Source of the DNA: an uncultured Leptospirales bacterium | Lineage (GTDB): Bacteria > Spirochaetota > UBA4802 > UBA5550 | Reading direction: 5' to 3' | Assembly (NCBI GenBank): GCA_964529415.1 | Contig: CAZGWD010000013.1 | Span: 29,466-93,465 of the forward strand | Length of the DNA stretch: 64,000 bases | Part shown: positions 29,981 through 39,810 of the stretch, one piece after another | Numbering within the stretch: the stretch's first letter is position 1 | How the letters are laid out: each line of letters starts with the position of its first letter | Made by a program: the position numbers and the translations under genes | The notes under the pieces: generated by a model | What the model was told of the DNA's origin: nothing | The model's database searches: none | Seen by the model: only the letters and a program-made list of their open reading frames with translations

Positions 29981-30610
29981 ATGGTAAATATACAGACTCT
30001 TGTTGAGTTTTTTTCAACATATGGATATGCTGCAGTATTCGGCATTTTAATTCTCTGCGGATTCGGGCTTCCTATTCCTGAGGATATTTCTCTGGTATCA
30101 GGTGGAATAATTTCCGGACTTGGCTACACGAATGTACATGTGATGTTCGGTGTTTCAATGACAGGAGTTTTAATCGGCGATTTTACAATGTATAATCTTG
30201 GCAGAAAATTCGGCCCGAGATTTTTAAATCTAAGACTGGTTAAAAGAACACTCACACCTGAAAGATATGAAAAAATTAAATGCAATCTCGATAAAAACGG
30301 GAAGTGGGTCATATTTGCAGCGCGTTTTATGCCGGGGCTTAGGTCTCCAATTTTTGTAACTGCAGGAATAACGAAATTTGTTACGCCTGCCGAGTTTTTA
30401 TTAATTGACGGAAGCGCTGCTTTAATAAGCGTACCTGCATGGGTGTATCTCGGTTTTTTCGGGGCGCACCAGAGGCAGCTTCTGTTAAAATGGATTTCTC
30501 ACAGCCAGTTTGGAGTTGGAATTTTAATTATTTTAATTATTGCAGCTTTTTTCATTAAAAAATTTATTAGTAAAAAAATTAAAGAAAAAGAAGAATGTAA
30601 AATAGAATAA
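29981..30610 (+). CDS. DedA/SNARE-associated family membrane protein
   Basis: DedA signature YGYAAVFGILILCGFGLPIPEDISLVSGG and FVTPAEFLLIDGSAAL. Confidence 0.8.
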   Translation: MVNIQTLVEFFSTYGYAAVFGILILCGFGLPIPEDISLVSGGIISGLGYTNVHVMFGVSMTGVLIGDFTMYNLGRKFGPRFLNLRLVKRTLTPERYEKIKCNLDKNGKWVIFAARFMPGLRSPIFVTAGITKFVTPAEFLLIDGSAALISVPAWVYLGFFGAHQRQLLLKWISHSQFGVGILIILIIAAFFIKKFISKKIKEKEECKIE

Positions 30611-30619
30611 AGGTGGGTC

Positions 30620-31126
30620 ATGGCTTACAGTCTTGTATATTACGGGAATGAAACATTAAAGAAAGTCGCTGAAGAAGTAAAAAACATTGATGATGAAATT
30701 CTCAATCTGGTTGATTCAATGTTTGGAGTTATGTATAAAGCGAAGGGTATAGGCCTGGCTGCACCCCAGGTTAATGTTTCAAAAAGAATAGTAGTTATTG
30801 ATATTAAGGATTTTAACGGCAAGCCTCCTCTTGTGCTGATAAATCCTGTAATACAGGAATCATCAAATGAAATTGAGCCTTATGATGAAGGATGTCTTTC
30901 ATTGCCTGGAATAACTGCAGACGTAATAAGACCGTCCAGAGTGAAAATGCAGGCACATGATATTTCAGGTAAGAAAATTGAAATAGAAACAGGCGGACTT
31001 CTTGCCAGGGTTCTGCAGCATGAGATTGATCATTTAAACGGCATTGTTTTCATAGACCATCTGGAGGAATTTATCCGCAGGGAACTACGGCCGGAACTGA
31101 AAAAAATTAAAAAGATGAATGTATAA
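30620..31126 (+). CDS. def: peptide deformylase
   Basis: Motifs GIGLAAPQV, EGCLSLPG and HEIDHLNG. Confidence 0.92.
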   Translation: MAYSLVYYGNETLKKVAEEVKNIDDEILNLVDSMFGVMYKAKGIGLAAPQVNVSKRIVVIDIKDFNGKPPLVLINPVIQESSNEIEPYDEGCLSLPGITADVIRPSRVKMQAHDISGKKIEIETGGLLARVLQHEIDHLNGIVFIDHLEEFIRRELRPELKKIKKMNV

Positions 31127-31134
31127 ATATTTAT

Positions 31135-32067
31135 ATGAAAATCGGATTTTTCGGAACACCGAAGATAGCGTCATACTGCCTTGAAAGGCTGTATAAAAAA
31201 TATGAAATACTTTTTATCGTAACTGCTGAAGATAAACCATCCGGCAGAGACATGAAAATCCAGTTCAGCCCTGTTAAAAATTTTGCCATTGAAAAAAATA
31301 TTCCTTTTTTCCAGCCGGTTAGTCTGAAAAATGAGGATCTCTTATCAGACTTAAAAAAATACTCTGCTGATATATATGTTGTAGTGGCATACGGCAAGAT
31401 TATACCTGAAGCGATTTATAATTATCCTCCTTTTAAAACAATAAATCTTCATCCATCGCTTCTGCCGAAATACAGAGGAGCTGCACCTATACAGTGGGCG
31501 CTGATAAATGGTGAAACTCTTACAGGAGTTACAGTTCAAAGGATCAATGATAAGCTTGATTCAGGCGATATCATATTGCAGAAAAATATTGAACTGGGAA
31601 TTTCAGTTAATGCAAAAGAATTATACGATATGGTTTTGCCTATGGGTGCGGATCTTCTGCTTGAAACCATACAGAACTTCGATTCAGGTTCTGCAGTTTT
31701 ATCAAAACAGAACGAGGATGATGCGACTTATTGCAGCAAGATAAATAAGGAAACCGCACGCATAGACTGGACAAAGAGTGCATTTGAAATCCATAATCTG
31801 GTTAGGGGTCTTAATCCAAAGCCCGGAGCATGGAGCCTTTTCAGAGGTAAAAATTTTAAAATCTGGAAAACAATTCCGGCTGATAATAAAGCTGAACTTT
31901 CCCTGAAGCCCGGAGAGGCAGCCTGCTATATGAAAAAAAGATTATTAATCGGAACAGGCAGCGGGCTGATTGAAATACTTGAAATACAGCAGGAAACAAA
32001 AAAAATCATGGACAGTGTTTCATTTTTAAACGGCTGCAGGCTTGCTGATGGAGAATTTTTTAATTAA
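31135..32067 (+). CDS. fmt: methionyl-tRNA formyltransferase
   Basis: MKIGFFGTP N-terminus, the formyltransferase core INLHPSLLPKYRGAAPIQWALING, and its position directly after def. Confidence 0.92.
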   Translation: MKIGFFGTPKIASYCLERLYKKYEILFIVTAEDKPSGRDMKIQFSPVKNFAIEKNIPFFQPVSLKNEDLLSDLKKYSADIYVVVAYGKIIPEAIYNYPPFKTINLHPSLLPKYRGAAPIQWALINGETLTGVTVQRINDKLDSGDIILQKNIELGISVNAKELYDMVLPMGADLLLETIQNFDSGSAVLSKQNEDDATYCSKINKETARIDWTKSAFEIHNLVRGLNPKPGAWSLFRGKNFKIWKTIPADNKAELSLKPGEAACYMKKRLLIGTGSGLIEILEIQQETKKIMDSVSFLNGCRLADGEFFN

Positions 32068-32714
32068 TTCGCCAGTATCAGTTTTTCAAGCTTGTCCTTC
32101 GGGCAATTCAATATCAGTTCATAAGACATTTTTGCATGACGTTTCATAAGTGAAACTGTTTTCTTGCGCGAATCGAACTGCAGTTTGTTGTAAGACACTA
32201 TGATTCCTGTCATGCTGATGTAAAAATGACGTGAGAGCGTTCTTGTATTTTTTTTAAATCCCAGCGATATGAATACTTTATCAAGAATATCAAGTATGTT
32301 TTTTAAAACATTATCAATTTCCCTGTATGACTCTTTCTTTATATTTCCCTGGGACATTAATATCGTCATCATTTGAAAATATGAATTATTTTCAGAAATA
32401 TAATCAATATATGCATTTATTAATTGATCAAATGCTTTTAACGGCGTATCAATATTTTTAATCTGTATCTTTTCCATTATTGCAATCCAGTTTTTTGTAG
32501 TCCTGATAGCTGCTTCAACAATGAGTGCTTCCTGATCCGGGAAAAAACGGTAAATCGAAGAAACAGAAATGCCCGCCTCATCTGCTATTTCCCGCATGCT
32601 TGTCTTGTCATACGGCTTGGTCGCGAAAATCCTTTCAGCTGCATCAAGAATCATTTTCTGGCGCGCTTCTTTTTCACTATTTTTAAGAGTCTGCAGGGTT
32701 ACTTTTTCTTTCAT
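32064..32714 (-). CDS. TetR/AcrR-family transcriptional regulator
   Basis: N-terminal TetR HTH (ILDAAERIFATKPYDKTSMREIADEAGISVSSIYRFF). It is divergent from the acyl-CoA synthetase gene. Confidence 0.8.
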   Translation of the reverse strand: MKEKVTLQTLKNSEKEARQKMILDAAERIFATKPYDKTSMREIADEAGISVSSIYRFFPDQEALIVEAAIRTTKNWIAIMEKIQIKNIDTPLKAFDQLINAYIDYISENNSYFQMMTILMSQGNIKKESYREIDNVLKNILDILDKVFISLGFKKNTRTLSRHFYISMTGIIVSYNKLQFDSRKKTVSLMKRHAKMSYELILNCPKDKLEKLILAN

Positions 32715-32832
32715 TTCTATCCTTCAATGCAAATAATTTTACCAAATATATTAACATTTCCAATAAGCAAGTATATAAAAATATACATTTATTAAATTTC
32801 TTTTAAAAAAAAGTCAATACAAAAGAATTAAG

Positions 32833-32864
32833 TTTGACAAAAAGAACAGTGTTCTCATTTATAA
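32833..32864 (+). promoter_or_regulatory. promoter of acyl-CoA synthetase gene with embedded palindromic operator candidate
   Basis: TTGACA at 32833-32838 and TATAAT at 32859-32864. The near-palindrome gaacaGtgttc (32843-32853) sits in the spacer, consistent with a TetR operator. Confidence 0.4.
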
Positions 32865-32997
32865 TGATTGTTTACAAAAAGGTGTATTGTTCATTCAATT
32901 CAAGTTTTTTAAAGTGATCCAAAGAATAATATCTTAACGGAATTTTAATAATTTTCTGCCTTATAAAATTTACATTATTTTTTTCAGGAGGAATTAA

Positions 32998-34791
32998 ATG
33001 AATCAATTGGTAAAGCCAGACAATGTTGTGGAAATTCTTGAGAAATCTATATTGAAATTTCCTCAAAGACCATATCTGGGTACAAAAAATAAAAAATTGA
33101 AACAATATGACTGGATATCCTATTCTGATTTCGGGAAACGAGTGGATAATGTCAGAAGCGGACTGAGTGATCTGGGTATCAGGAAAGACGATGCTGTAGG
33201 GATCATCTCGAATAACAGTACTGAATGGGCAGTTTGTTTTTACGCAACAAATGGTTTAAATGCAAGATTTGTTCCAATGTATGAAGCTGAGCTGGTTCAG
33301 GTATGGAAATATATAATTAATGATGCAAAAGTAAAAGTGCTTTTTATAAGCAAAAAAGAAATATATGAAAAAATTAAAGACGTAATTAAAGCTATAACAA
33401 CATTAAAAAAAGTAATAATAATGGAAGGTGACGGAGCAGATACACTTGCGGAATTAGAAAAAAAAGGTTCTGCCATGAAAGTTAAAAGTATTTATCCTGA
33501 ATTTTCTGATATAAGTATACTGATATATACATCGGGTACCACAGGCGATCCGAAAGGAGTGCTGCTTTCCCAGGGCAATATAACAAGCAACGCTCACGCA
33601 ACTGTAGCTAATTACTCGGATTTTAATGAAGAAGATAGTGCACTTTCCATATTGCCATGGGCGCATGTTTATGGACTCGGAGAACTTTTTGTATGGTGCA
33701 TTATAGGCGCATCAATGGGGCTTGCGGAAAGTGCACTTACCATTGGAGAAGATCTGCTTTTAGTTAAACCTACTTTTATGAGCGCAGTTCCCAGAGTATT
33801 CAATAAAGTATATGACGGGTTATGGACAAAGATGAATGAAGAAGGCGGGCTGCCCAGAAAACTGTTTGTTATGGGAGTGGAAAGTGCGAAAAAGAAACGG
33901 GAACTTGCAGAACAGGGAAAAACAAGTTTTATGATAAATCTGAAGTTTAAAATAGCTGACGCTATTGTTTTCAAGAAAATCCGAGAAAAGCTCGGAGGCA
34001 GATTAAAGGGTTCCATGACAGGAAGCGCTGCCATGAACAGGGAAATTTCTCATTTTTTCTGGGATCTCGGTATACCTCTTTACGATGCATACGGATTGAC
34101 CGAGACATCACCCGGAGTAACGCAGAACTGTCCTAAAAAATATAAAATCGGCAGTATTGGCCCGGTAATGAGCAATTGCAGAATAGTTATCGATCAGTCT
34201 GTTGTTGAACCTGGAGCAAAAGACGGGGAGATAATTGTTTACGGTCATAATGTTATGCAGGGGTACTATAATAAACCGGATGCCACAAAAGCGGTTATGA
34301 CTTCTGACGGCGGATTCAGAACAGGCGACCGGGGACGTCTTGATGAAGAAGGCTTTCTGTATATAACAGGAAGGCTTAAAGAACAGTTTAAACTCGAAAA
34401 CGGCAAGTATGTATTTCCTGTAGCAATTGAAGAAGATATTAAACTGAATCATTATATTGAGAACGCCATGATATACGGGGAAGGCCGTGAGTTTAATATC
34501 TGTCTCGTAATTCCTGATTTCATAACACTGGATAAATGGGCTGAAAAAAATAATTTTTCCAAGAACCATACAGAGCTTCTAAAATCAGATGAGACAAAAA
34601 AATTTCTCGAGAATGAAATTATAAATTCATTAAAGGAAAAATATGGAAATTATGAAATTCCAAAAAAATTTATTTTTATAGATGAACCTTTTACTCTTGA
34701 AAACGGCACTATGACACAGACTATGAAATTGAAGAGGCGGGTTGTGTTTGAAAAATACAAAGATCAGATTAATGCGGCATATAGCAGATAG
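32998..34791 (+). CDS. long-chain fatty-acid--CoA ligase (AMP-binding enzyme)
   Basis: AMP-binding motif IYTSGTTGDPKGVLLS, the YGLTE motif, and a C-terminal domain in a 597-aa protein. Confidence 0.85.
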   Translation: MNQLVKPDNVVEILEKSILKFPQRPYLGTKNKKLKQYDWISYSDFGKRVDNVRSGLSDLGIRKDDAVGIISNNSTEWAVCFYATNGLNARFVPMYEAELVQVWKYIINDAKVKVLFISKKEIYEKIKDVIKAITTLKKVIIMEGDGADTLAELEKKGSAMKVKSIYPEFSDISILIYTSGTTGDPKGVLLSQGNITSNAHATVANYSDFNEEDSALSILPWAHVYGLGELFVWCIIGASMGLAESALTIGEDLLLVKPTFMSAVPRVFNKVYDGLWTKMNEEGGLPRKLFVMGVESAKKKRELAEQGKTSFMINLKFKIADAIVFKKIREKLGGRLKGSMTGSAAMNREISHFFWDLGIPLYDAYGLTETSPGVTQNCPKKYKIGSIGPVMSNCRIVIDQSVVEPGAKDGEIIVYGHNVMQGYYNKPDATKAVMTSDGGFRTGDRGRLDEEGFLYITGRLKEQFKLENGKYVFPVAIEEDIKLNHYIENAMIYGEGREFNICLVIPDFITLDKWAEKNNFSKNHTELLKSDETKKFLENEIINSLKEKYGNYEIPKKFIFIDEPFTLENGTMTQTMKLKRRVVFEKYKDQINAAYSR

Positions 34792-34859
34792 AATTTATGT
34801 AATTTTCTTTAAGGCATTTTAAATTGTTTCAAATTTTTTATAAAAAGGAGAGTATCGAT

Positions 34860-35363
34860 ATGTCAGAAGTAAAAGGGTTCAAGAAAAAAACAATTATTGC
34901 AGCAGTTGTTGTTGCTGCATGGCTGGTTGTTACATTGGTTGTTCTGGGAATATTCAATATACATCATGCATGGCCTGCATTTTTAACACTCTTGTTTTTC
35001 TTTGAAAAAGGAGGAGATGTTAAAAACCTTCCCAATATTTTTATTGGCTCTGCAGTCGGGATATTATTGGCAGCACTTGTGCCGCTGGGTGTAGGTTTTA
35101 TTTCTCCTTTCATTGGAGGTGTAACTGTTGCTACTCTTTTAATAGTTTTTATAATGGTATTTTCTATAATAGCATTGGGTGATGTTGCTCATATGTTTTT
35201 CAACAATTACGCATTCATGTATTTTACAATATGCCTGATATTCGGAAAGGAACAGATGACAGTTCAGTGGCTGATAGTTCTTGCTGCAGGCGGAGTTTTT
35301 TTTACAGGCGGAGTTCTGGTTTTTGCCAAACTGCTTGGTATGAGTACTGAAATTGAAAAATAA
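34860..35363 (+). CDS. hypothetical polytopic membrane protein
   Basis: The ORF is listed from 34824. The ATG at 34860 is preceded by AAGGAGAG and is the preferred start. The protein has 4-5 predicted TM helices. Confidence 0.4.
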   Translation: MSEVKGFKKKTIIAAVVVAAWLVVTLVVLGIFNIHHAWPAFLTLLFFFEKGGDVKNLPNIFIGSAVGILLAALVPLGVGFISPFIGGVTVATLLIVFIMVFSIIALGDVAHMFFNNYAFMYFTICLIFGKEQMTVQWLIVLAAGGVFFTGGVLVFAKLLGMSTEIEK

Positions 35364-35379
35364 TTAAGTATAGGTTTAA

Positions 35380-35412
35380 ATTGGGGGATTAAGAAACCCC
35401 CAATATATTTTC
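35380..35412 (+). terminator. rho-independent terminator
   Basis: attggggg-attaagaaa-cccccaat hairpin followed by a T-rich tail, directly after the stop at 35363. Confidence 0.7.
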
Positions 35413-35523
35413 CCCGATGTAATGCTTCGGTATCGGCCAATATAATTCATTCGATGTTTCTTCAATTATTTATTGACACCGTTTTTTTTCAATTATTCAT
35501 TATAATCTCCTGAGGGGATAATA

Positions 35524-36621
35524 ATGAATAATTCACAAACTGCTAACCGGTTGAAAAGTTTAGATGCGTTACGTGGCATTGCTGTTATCCTTATGGTGCA
35601 GCAGCATCTTGGTTACTGGCTTTGGGATATGGATAGAAAAACCGTATCCATGTATGATATGCTGCAATCACATCCTTTGTTTGTTGTATTCAACGGACTG
35701 GGAGGTATTGCTGCGCCTCTTTTTATATTTCTCGCCGGGTGCGGCACTGTTTTTTTAAAGAAAAAAAATGACAATAGTAACAGAATATTTTTTATTCGCG
35801 GAGTTGCAATCATTCTATTCGGATACATGCTTAATATTGCAGTGCCAAGCTGGTTTTCACCTGGATCATGGTATGTGCTTCATTTGATCGGATTTGCTTA
35901 TGCTCTATCACCTTTATTGCTGAAATTAAAAACGGACATTCTTGCAGTGTTGTCAGTGCTGGTTCTTGCTGTTTCAGTGATGCTGCAGTATTATTTTGAA
36001 ACACCTTTTGTTCTATCCAATGACCGCATGAGCAATTATTATTTACCCGGTGGTCTATTGAGGCTTGCCTTTTTTGAAGGCCACTTCCCTATATTTCCAT
36101 GGATGATATTTTTTCTGTCAGGAATTGCCGCTGGCAGGTGGATTACAGAAAAAAAAACAAAATATCTTTTTTATTCCGGTATCGTATGTTTTGCTTTTGC
36201 TGTTATCATTGTTACTGTTCCGAAATTTCAGGGAATTGATTATAATGTGTCTTCATTTTTTAAACGGGCTTTTTCCCTGTCATTCAATATTTATCCGGCA
36301 TTGCCGCCGCTGGTAATCGTTCTTCTGGGAATATCCTTCAGTATGACTGCGCTTTCCATTAAGATTGAGGAAGTTTTTCCTTCAATAGTTGATAACCCCC
36401 TGATTTATCTGGGACGATCGTCTCTTACTATTCTTATTGTTCACACAATTTTTTTTCGAAATTTAACCAGAACTGCCCGGCTCGCGCAGTCTTTTAACGC
36501 TGATATGACCGCTATATTGATTATAATTGTTATGTTGATATTTACTTTACTTGCGGTTATCTGGCAGAAATTCAATTATCGCTTTGGATTCGAGTGGCTC
36601 ATTAGAAAGCTTTCCAGTTGA
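35524..36621 (+). CDS. DUF1624/HGSNAT-like acyltransferase-family membrane protein
   Basis: N-terminal RLKSLDALRGIAVILMVQQH signature of the heparan-alpha-glucosaminide N-acetyltransferase-like family and about 10 TM helices. Confidence 0.65.
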   Translation: MNNSQTANRLKSLDALRGIAVILMVQQHLGYWLWDMDRKTVSMYDMLQSHPLFVVFNGLGGIAAPLFIFLAGCGTVFLKKKNDNSNRIFFIRGVAIILFGYMLNIAVPSWFSPGSWYVLHLIGFAYALSPLLLKLKTDILAVLSVLVLAVSVMLQYYFETPFVLSNDRMSNYYLPGGLLRLAFFEGHFPIFPWMIFFLSGIAAGRWITEKKTKYLFYSGIVCFAFAVIIVTVPKFQGIDYNVSSFFKRAFSLSFNIYPALPPLVIVLLGISFSMTALSIKIEEVFPSIVDNPLIYLGRSSLTILIVHTIFFRNLTRTARLAQSFNADMTAILIIIVMLIFTLLAVIWQKFNYRFGFEWLIRKLSS

Positions 36622-36810
36622 TTTTTAAACATTCGCCTTTTTTGAAATTCAATTCCAACTGTCTGGAATGCTGTGTCATTACATAAAGCTGCTTGAAATC
36701 CATTTTTTCACTTAAAATTTATGTTGTCATTGCCGAAAAATTCATTCAAAGCATCCTCAATTATTTATTGACACTATTTTTTTCAAATATTAAAATATCC
36801 GAAATAAAAT

Positions 36811-37155
36811 ATGAAAAGAGATAAACGCAGCAAAAGGGACGAAGGAGTTGTCTCCTGGCCTGGATTTTATGGTGATGATTCTTTTATAAATAGAGAAAAG
36901 AACAGGGCAAGAGAACTCAGGCAGTCTGCATGGTGGAAGAAGAAAATTTCATATGGATTATGCTACTACTGCGGCGGAAAATTTTTACCCTCGGAACTTA
37001 CCATGGATCATAAAATTCCGCTATCTAAAGGCGGAAATTCCGATAAAGAGAATATCGTTTGTGCGTGTAAAGAGTGTAATAATAAGAAGAAATATATGCT
37101 TCCTGTAGAATGGGATGAATATATGAATAAGATAAAGGGTGATGTAAATGGCTGA
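36811..37155 (+). CDS. HNH endonuclease
   Basis: CYYCGG...LTMDHKIPLSKGG...ENIVCACKECNNKK, the HNH Zn-finger/His-Asn-His core, in a 114-aa protein. Confidence 0.75.
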   Translation: MKRDKRSKRDEGVVSWPGFYGDDSFINREKNRARELRQSAWWKKKISYGLCYYCGGKFLPSELTMDHKIPLSKGGNSDKENIVCACKECNNKKKYMLPVEWDEYMNKIKGDVNG

Positions 37156-39607
37156 AAACGGAGGAGAGCTTTATAAAAAAGGCAGAGTCCTGGTAGTTCA
37201 GGGAACTGCTTCTGGCGATGTTTTCATGCTGCAGGACGGGACAATTGAAATTTTAACCGGCCCCCGGGAATATAATGGACTTGATCAGGATATAGTAATA
37301 TCAAAAAGCAGAAGAGCGGGAATTATTTCCGGAAAAACAGCACTTGTCGGATTCAGCAGAAATTTAAATGAACCATATTGCGCAACATTCAGAGCTTTAA
37401 CAGATTCAACAGTATCAAGGTATTCTTTGCGCGGCGGCGGTTTCAGAGAGCTTGCCTCATCTGATATTGGAACTGCAGTTCTTATATTGAGAAATTTATA
37501 TTCGAGACTAACCACTTCTGTTGCAGACTCTGTTAAATATGCAAAATTATACCAGAATGTCAGCAGAGTTGATGATAATATTGCGCTGATATACATGGCG
37601 CTCGGGATGCAGAAGGCATCAAGCGATCTTCATTCAACTGCAGACAGCATGCATAAACTTTATAATGCGCGCGGAGGCAGATTTCCTCAGATGTTTGATG
37701 GAAATTTTCTGGTTGCGGATAATGGAAAGTTCCTGAATAAAAAATATGAAGCACCGAAAATTACTGCTGATTCACCTGAGGGGCGCAGAAATCTCGAAAT
37801 ATTTAAAGGCATTTTGAAGCTCGATGCAGGCATACTCAAGGCAATGTTCAATTCTGATCCGACTATTGCTGCAAATATTTTCTCAGCAATGACAGATGAT
37901 TTATTGGCTGCTATTGAATCCATATCAGCAATTCTTGAATATATTGATAATGAAATGACTTCTCTGTTCGGAAGTGCAGGCAGCTGGGCCTCTTATCTTA
38001 TTGATTCGACGGGTCTTGAAGACTGGCTGTTGACCGGCAGGGTTTCGCAGGATTTTATAAGGCATGTGCTTTCAATTGTTTCAAAGATATCAGCAAACTA
38101 TGATGAACTTTCAGGTAAAAGATCAGCGGATTATTTTTCAGGAATTAAAAAACTCCAATCATATGTTCCGAGATCCAAAGAGCCTGAACGTTCTTCTGCA
38201 GGATCATCTTTTGATGAACCGGCACAGATGCGGTCTCCTGCCATACATGCTTCAGGAGACGCAGGTGCTTTAAAGCAGTCGCTTCAGCAGATTTATGAAT
38301 TTGCAGTTGTAGACAAAGAGTTTCAAACAAGGTTCAGCTCGCTTTTAAACGATTTTAAAAAGCAGGCTAATCCTCTTGCCACTGAAGATGAGCCAAGAAA
38401 GCTCAGACGTCAGATAGCCAAACTGTACTGGGATTTGTACAAGAGCGTATATCTGAGATCAAGAACTGAAAGTTCCACGCCCCGTTCTGTAAAATTCATG
38501 CTGAACTACGGGTTCCTTGACGAAACTCTTGTAGACGGCCAGATGATTGCCGAGCTTAATGAAATTACAAGAAGAAGGGAACCTGAATCAGATAATATTT
38601 TTTATGAAGAGGAATTTATTGATTTAATCTATAAGCAGATTGAAGAGCCCAGTATAACTGAAATGGGGCTGAATTACCAGGCACATTTAAGGGAAATTGA
38701 AAAAAGCACGAGTAAAAAAGACAAGCGCGTTGATAATTATGAAGATAATGTTAAACAGGTATTATATGAAATTGAACAGAGAGTTACATCAACATGCGCT
38801 GTCTGCTCAGGTTCAACTTCAACTGCTTTTCCAATACTGAATTCCATGGCAACAAAAGGCTCGCTTGTGCAGATGTACACTTCCAAAAATAAAATACATC
38901 AGGCGCTTAAAGAAATAGTGAATATTGACTACTCCGCATTCTACAGGGAAACTGTTTTAAAAATAGGTGAAGCAAGGGAAATTATACAGGAGGAAATAAT
39001 TCCATATATTATTATTCTTCCTATATCCGGATCTAAGATGCTGCTCTGGCAGGAAATGTCCGGCATTAATAAAAGAAGCAGAGGAAGAATTGTTGTTCCG
39101 GTTTTTTTCATGGGAGATTTTATGAAAAATCTTGCATATTCAATAGCATCATTCAGATGGGAGCTCAATAAAACCATTAAGGGCGGCATGTGGGCAGACC
39201 CGGTTGAGGGCGGTATATCCGGAGAATATTTTGATTATGTTAATACATATAAAAAGAACAGCAGGCTTACTCAGGAAATGAAAGAAAAAATTACTGAACG
39301 TTTCAAAAGCCTTCGAACCAACCGGGACAGATTTGCAGATGATTATCTGCAGTGGATTTTTAATGAAAAAGACGGAATAATGAAACTTAATGTTGTTGTC
39401 AGGGAAATGTTTTATAAACATGTTCCTTTCAGAAAAGAGGTCAGAGACAAACTTGAGGGTATGCCTGCTTACACTCAGATGTCATCAAGGTATAAAAATA
39501 TCAGTGCAAGAAATTATGCCGCATATGAGCGCAAATTCAAAAAATATCTGGATGCAGGCGGATATCCTGAAGAGATCCAGAATTATATGAATTTTCTGAA
39601 ATTGTAA
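37148..39607 (+). CDS. hypothetical large protein (819 aa), possible N-terminal cNMP-binding-like (CAP effector) domain
   Basis: The start overlaps the HNH stop by 8 nt. The N-terminus YKKGRVLVVQGTASGDVFMLQDGTIEIL...IISGKTALVGFSRNLNEPYCATFRALTDSTVSRY resembles the beta-roll of cyclic-nucleotide-binding domains. The rest is unrecognised. Confidence 0.5.
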   Translation: MAENGGELYKKGRVLVVQGTASGDVFMLQDGTIEILTGPREYNGLDQDIVISKSRRAGIISGKTALVGFSRNLNEPYCATFRALTDSTVSRYSLRGGGFRELASSDIGTAVLILRNLYSRLTTSVADSVKYAKLYQNVSRVDDNIALIYMALGMQKASSDLHSTADSMHKLYNARGGRFPQMFDGNFLVADNGKFLNKKYEAPKITADSPEGRRNLEIFKGILKLDAGILKAMFNSDPTIAANIFSAMTDDLLAAIESISAILEYIDNEMTSLFGSAGSWASYLIDSTGLEDWLLTGRVSQDFIRHVLSIVSKISANYDELSGKRSADYFSGIKKLQSYVPRSKEPERSSAGSSFDEPAQMRSPAIHASGDAGALKQSLQQIYEFAVVDKEFQTRFSSLLNDFKKQANPLATEDEPRKLRRQIAKLYWDLYKSVYLRSRTESSTPRSVKFMLNYGFLDETLVDGQMIAELNEITRRREPESDNIFYEEEFIDLIYKQIEEPSITEMGLNYQAHLREIEKSTSKKDKRVDNYEDNVKQVLYEIEQRVTSTCAVCSGSTSTAFPILNSMATKGSLVQMYTSKNKIHQALKEIVNIDYSAFYRETVLKIGEAREIIQEEIIPYIIILPISGSKMLLWQEMSGINKRSRGRIVVPVFFMGDFMKNLAYSIASFRWELNKTIKGGMWADPVEGGISGEYFDYVNTYKKNSRLTQEMKEKITERFKSLRTNRDRFADDYLQWIFNEKDGIMKLNVVVREMFYKHVPFRKEVRDKLEGMPAYTQMSSRYKNISARNYAAYERKFKKYLDAGGYPEEIQNYMNFLKL

Positions 39608-39616
39608 AAAAATCAC

Positions 39617-39645
39617 GTACTGGCGGAGCGTTTATCCGCCAGTAC
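39617..39645 (+). terminator. strong hairpin after the 819-aa ORF (no T-tract)
   Basis: gtactggcgga-gcgttt-atccgccagtac, an 11-bp stem, 10 nt after the stop. Confidence 0.45.
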
Positions 39646-39810
39646 ATTACTACCCGCACAACCCTTCTTCTGAATAAATGTTAATAGACTTTTTAAATAT
39701 TAATATAAAGCATGGTACATCATGCGCTGATGATTATTATGAAGAATCGAACTATTCCGGCCAACATGGTATTGATATGGTATAATTAGCCTGCTTAAAG
39801 GAGAATAATA

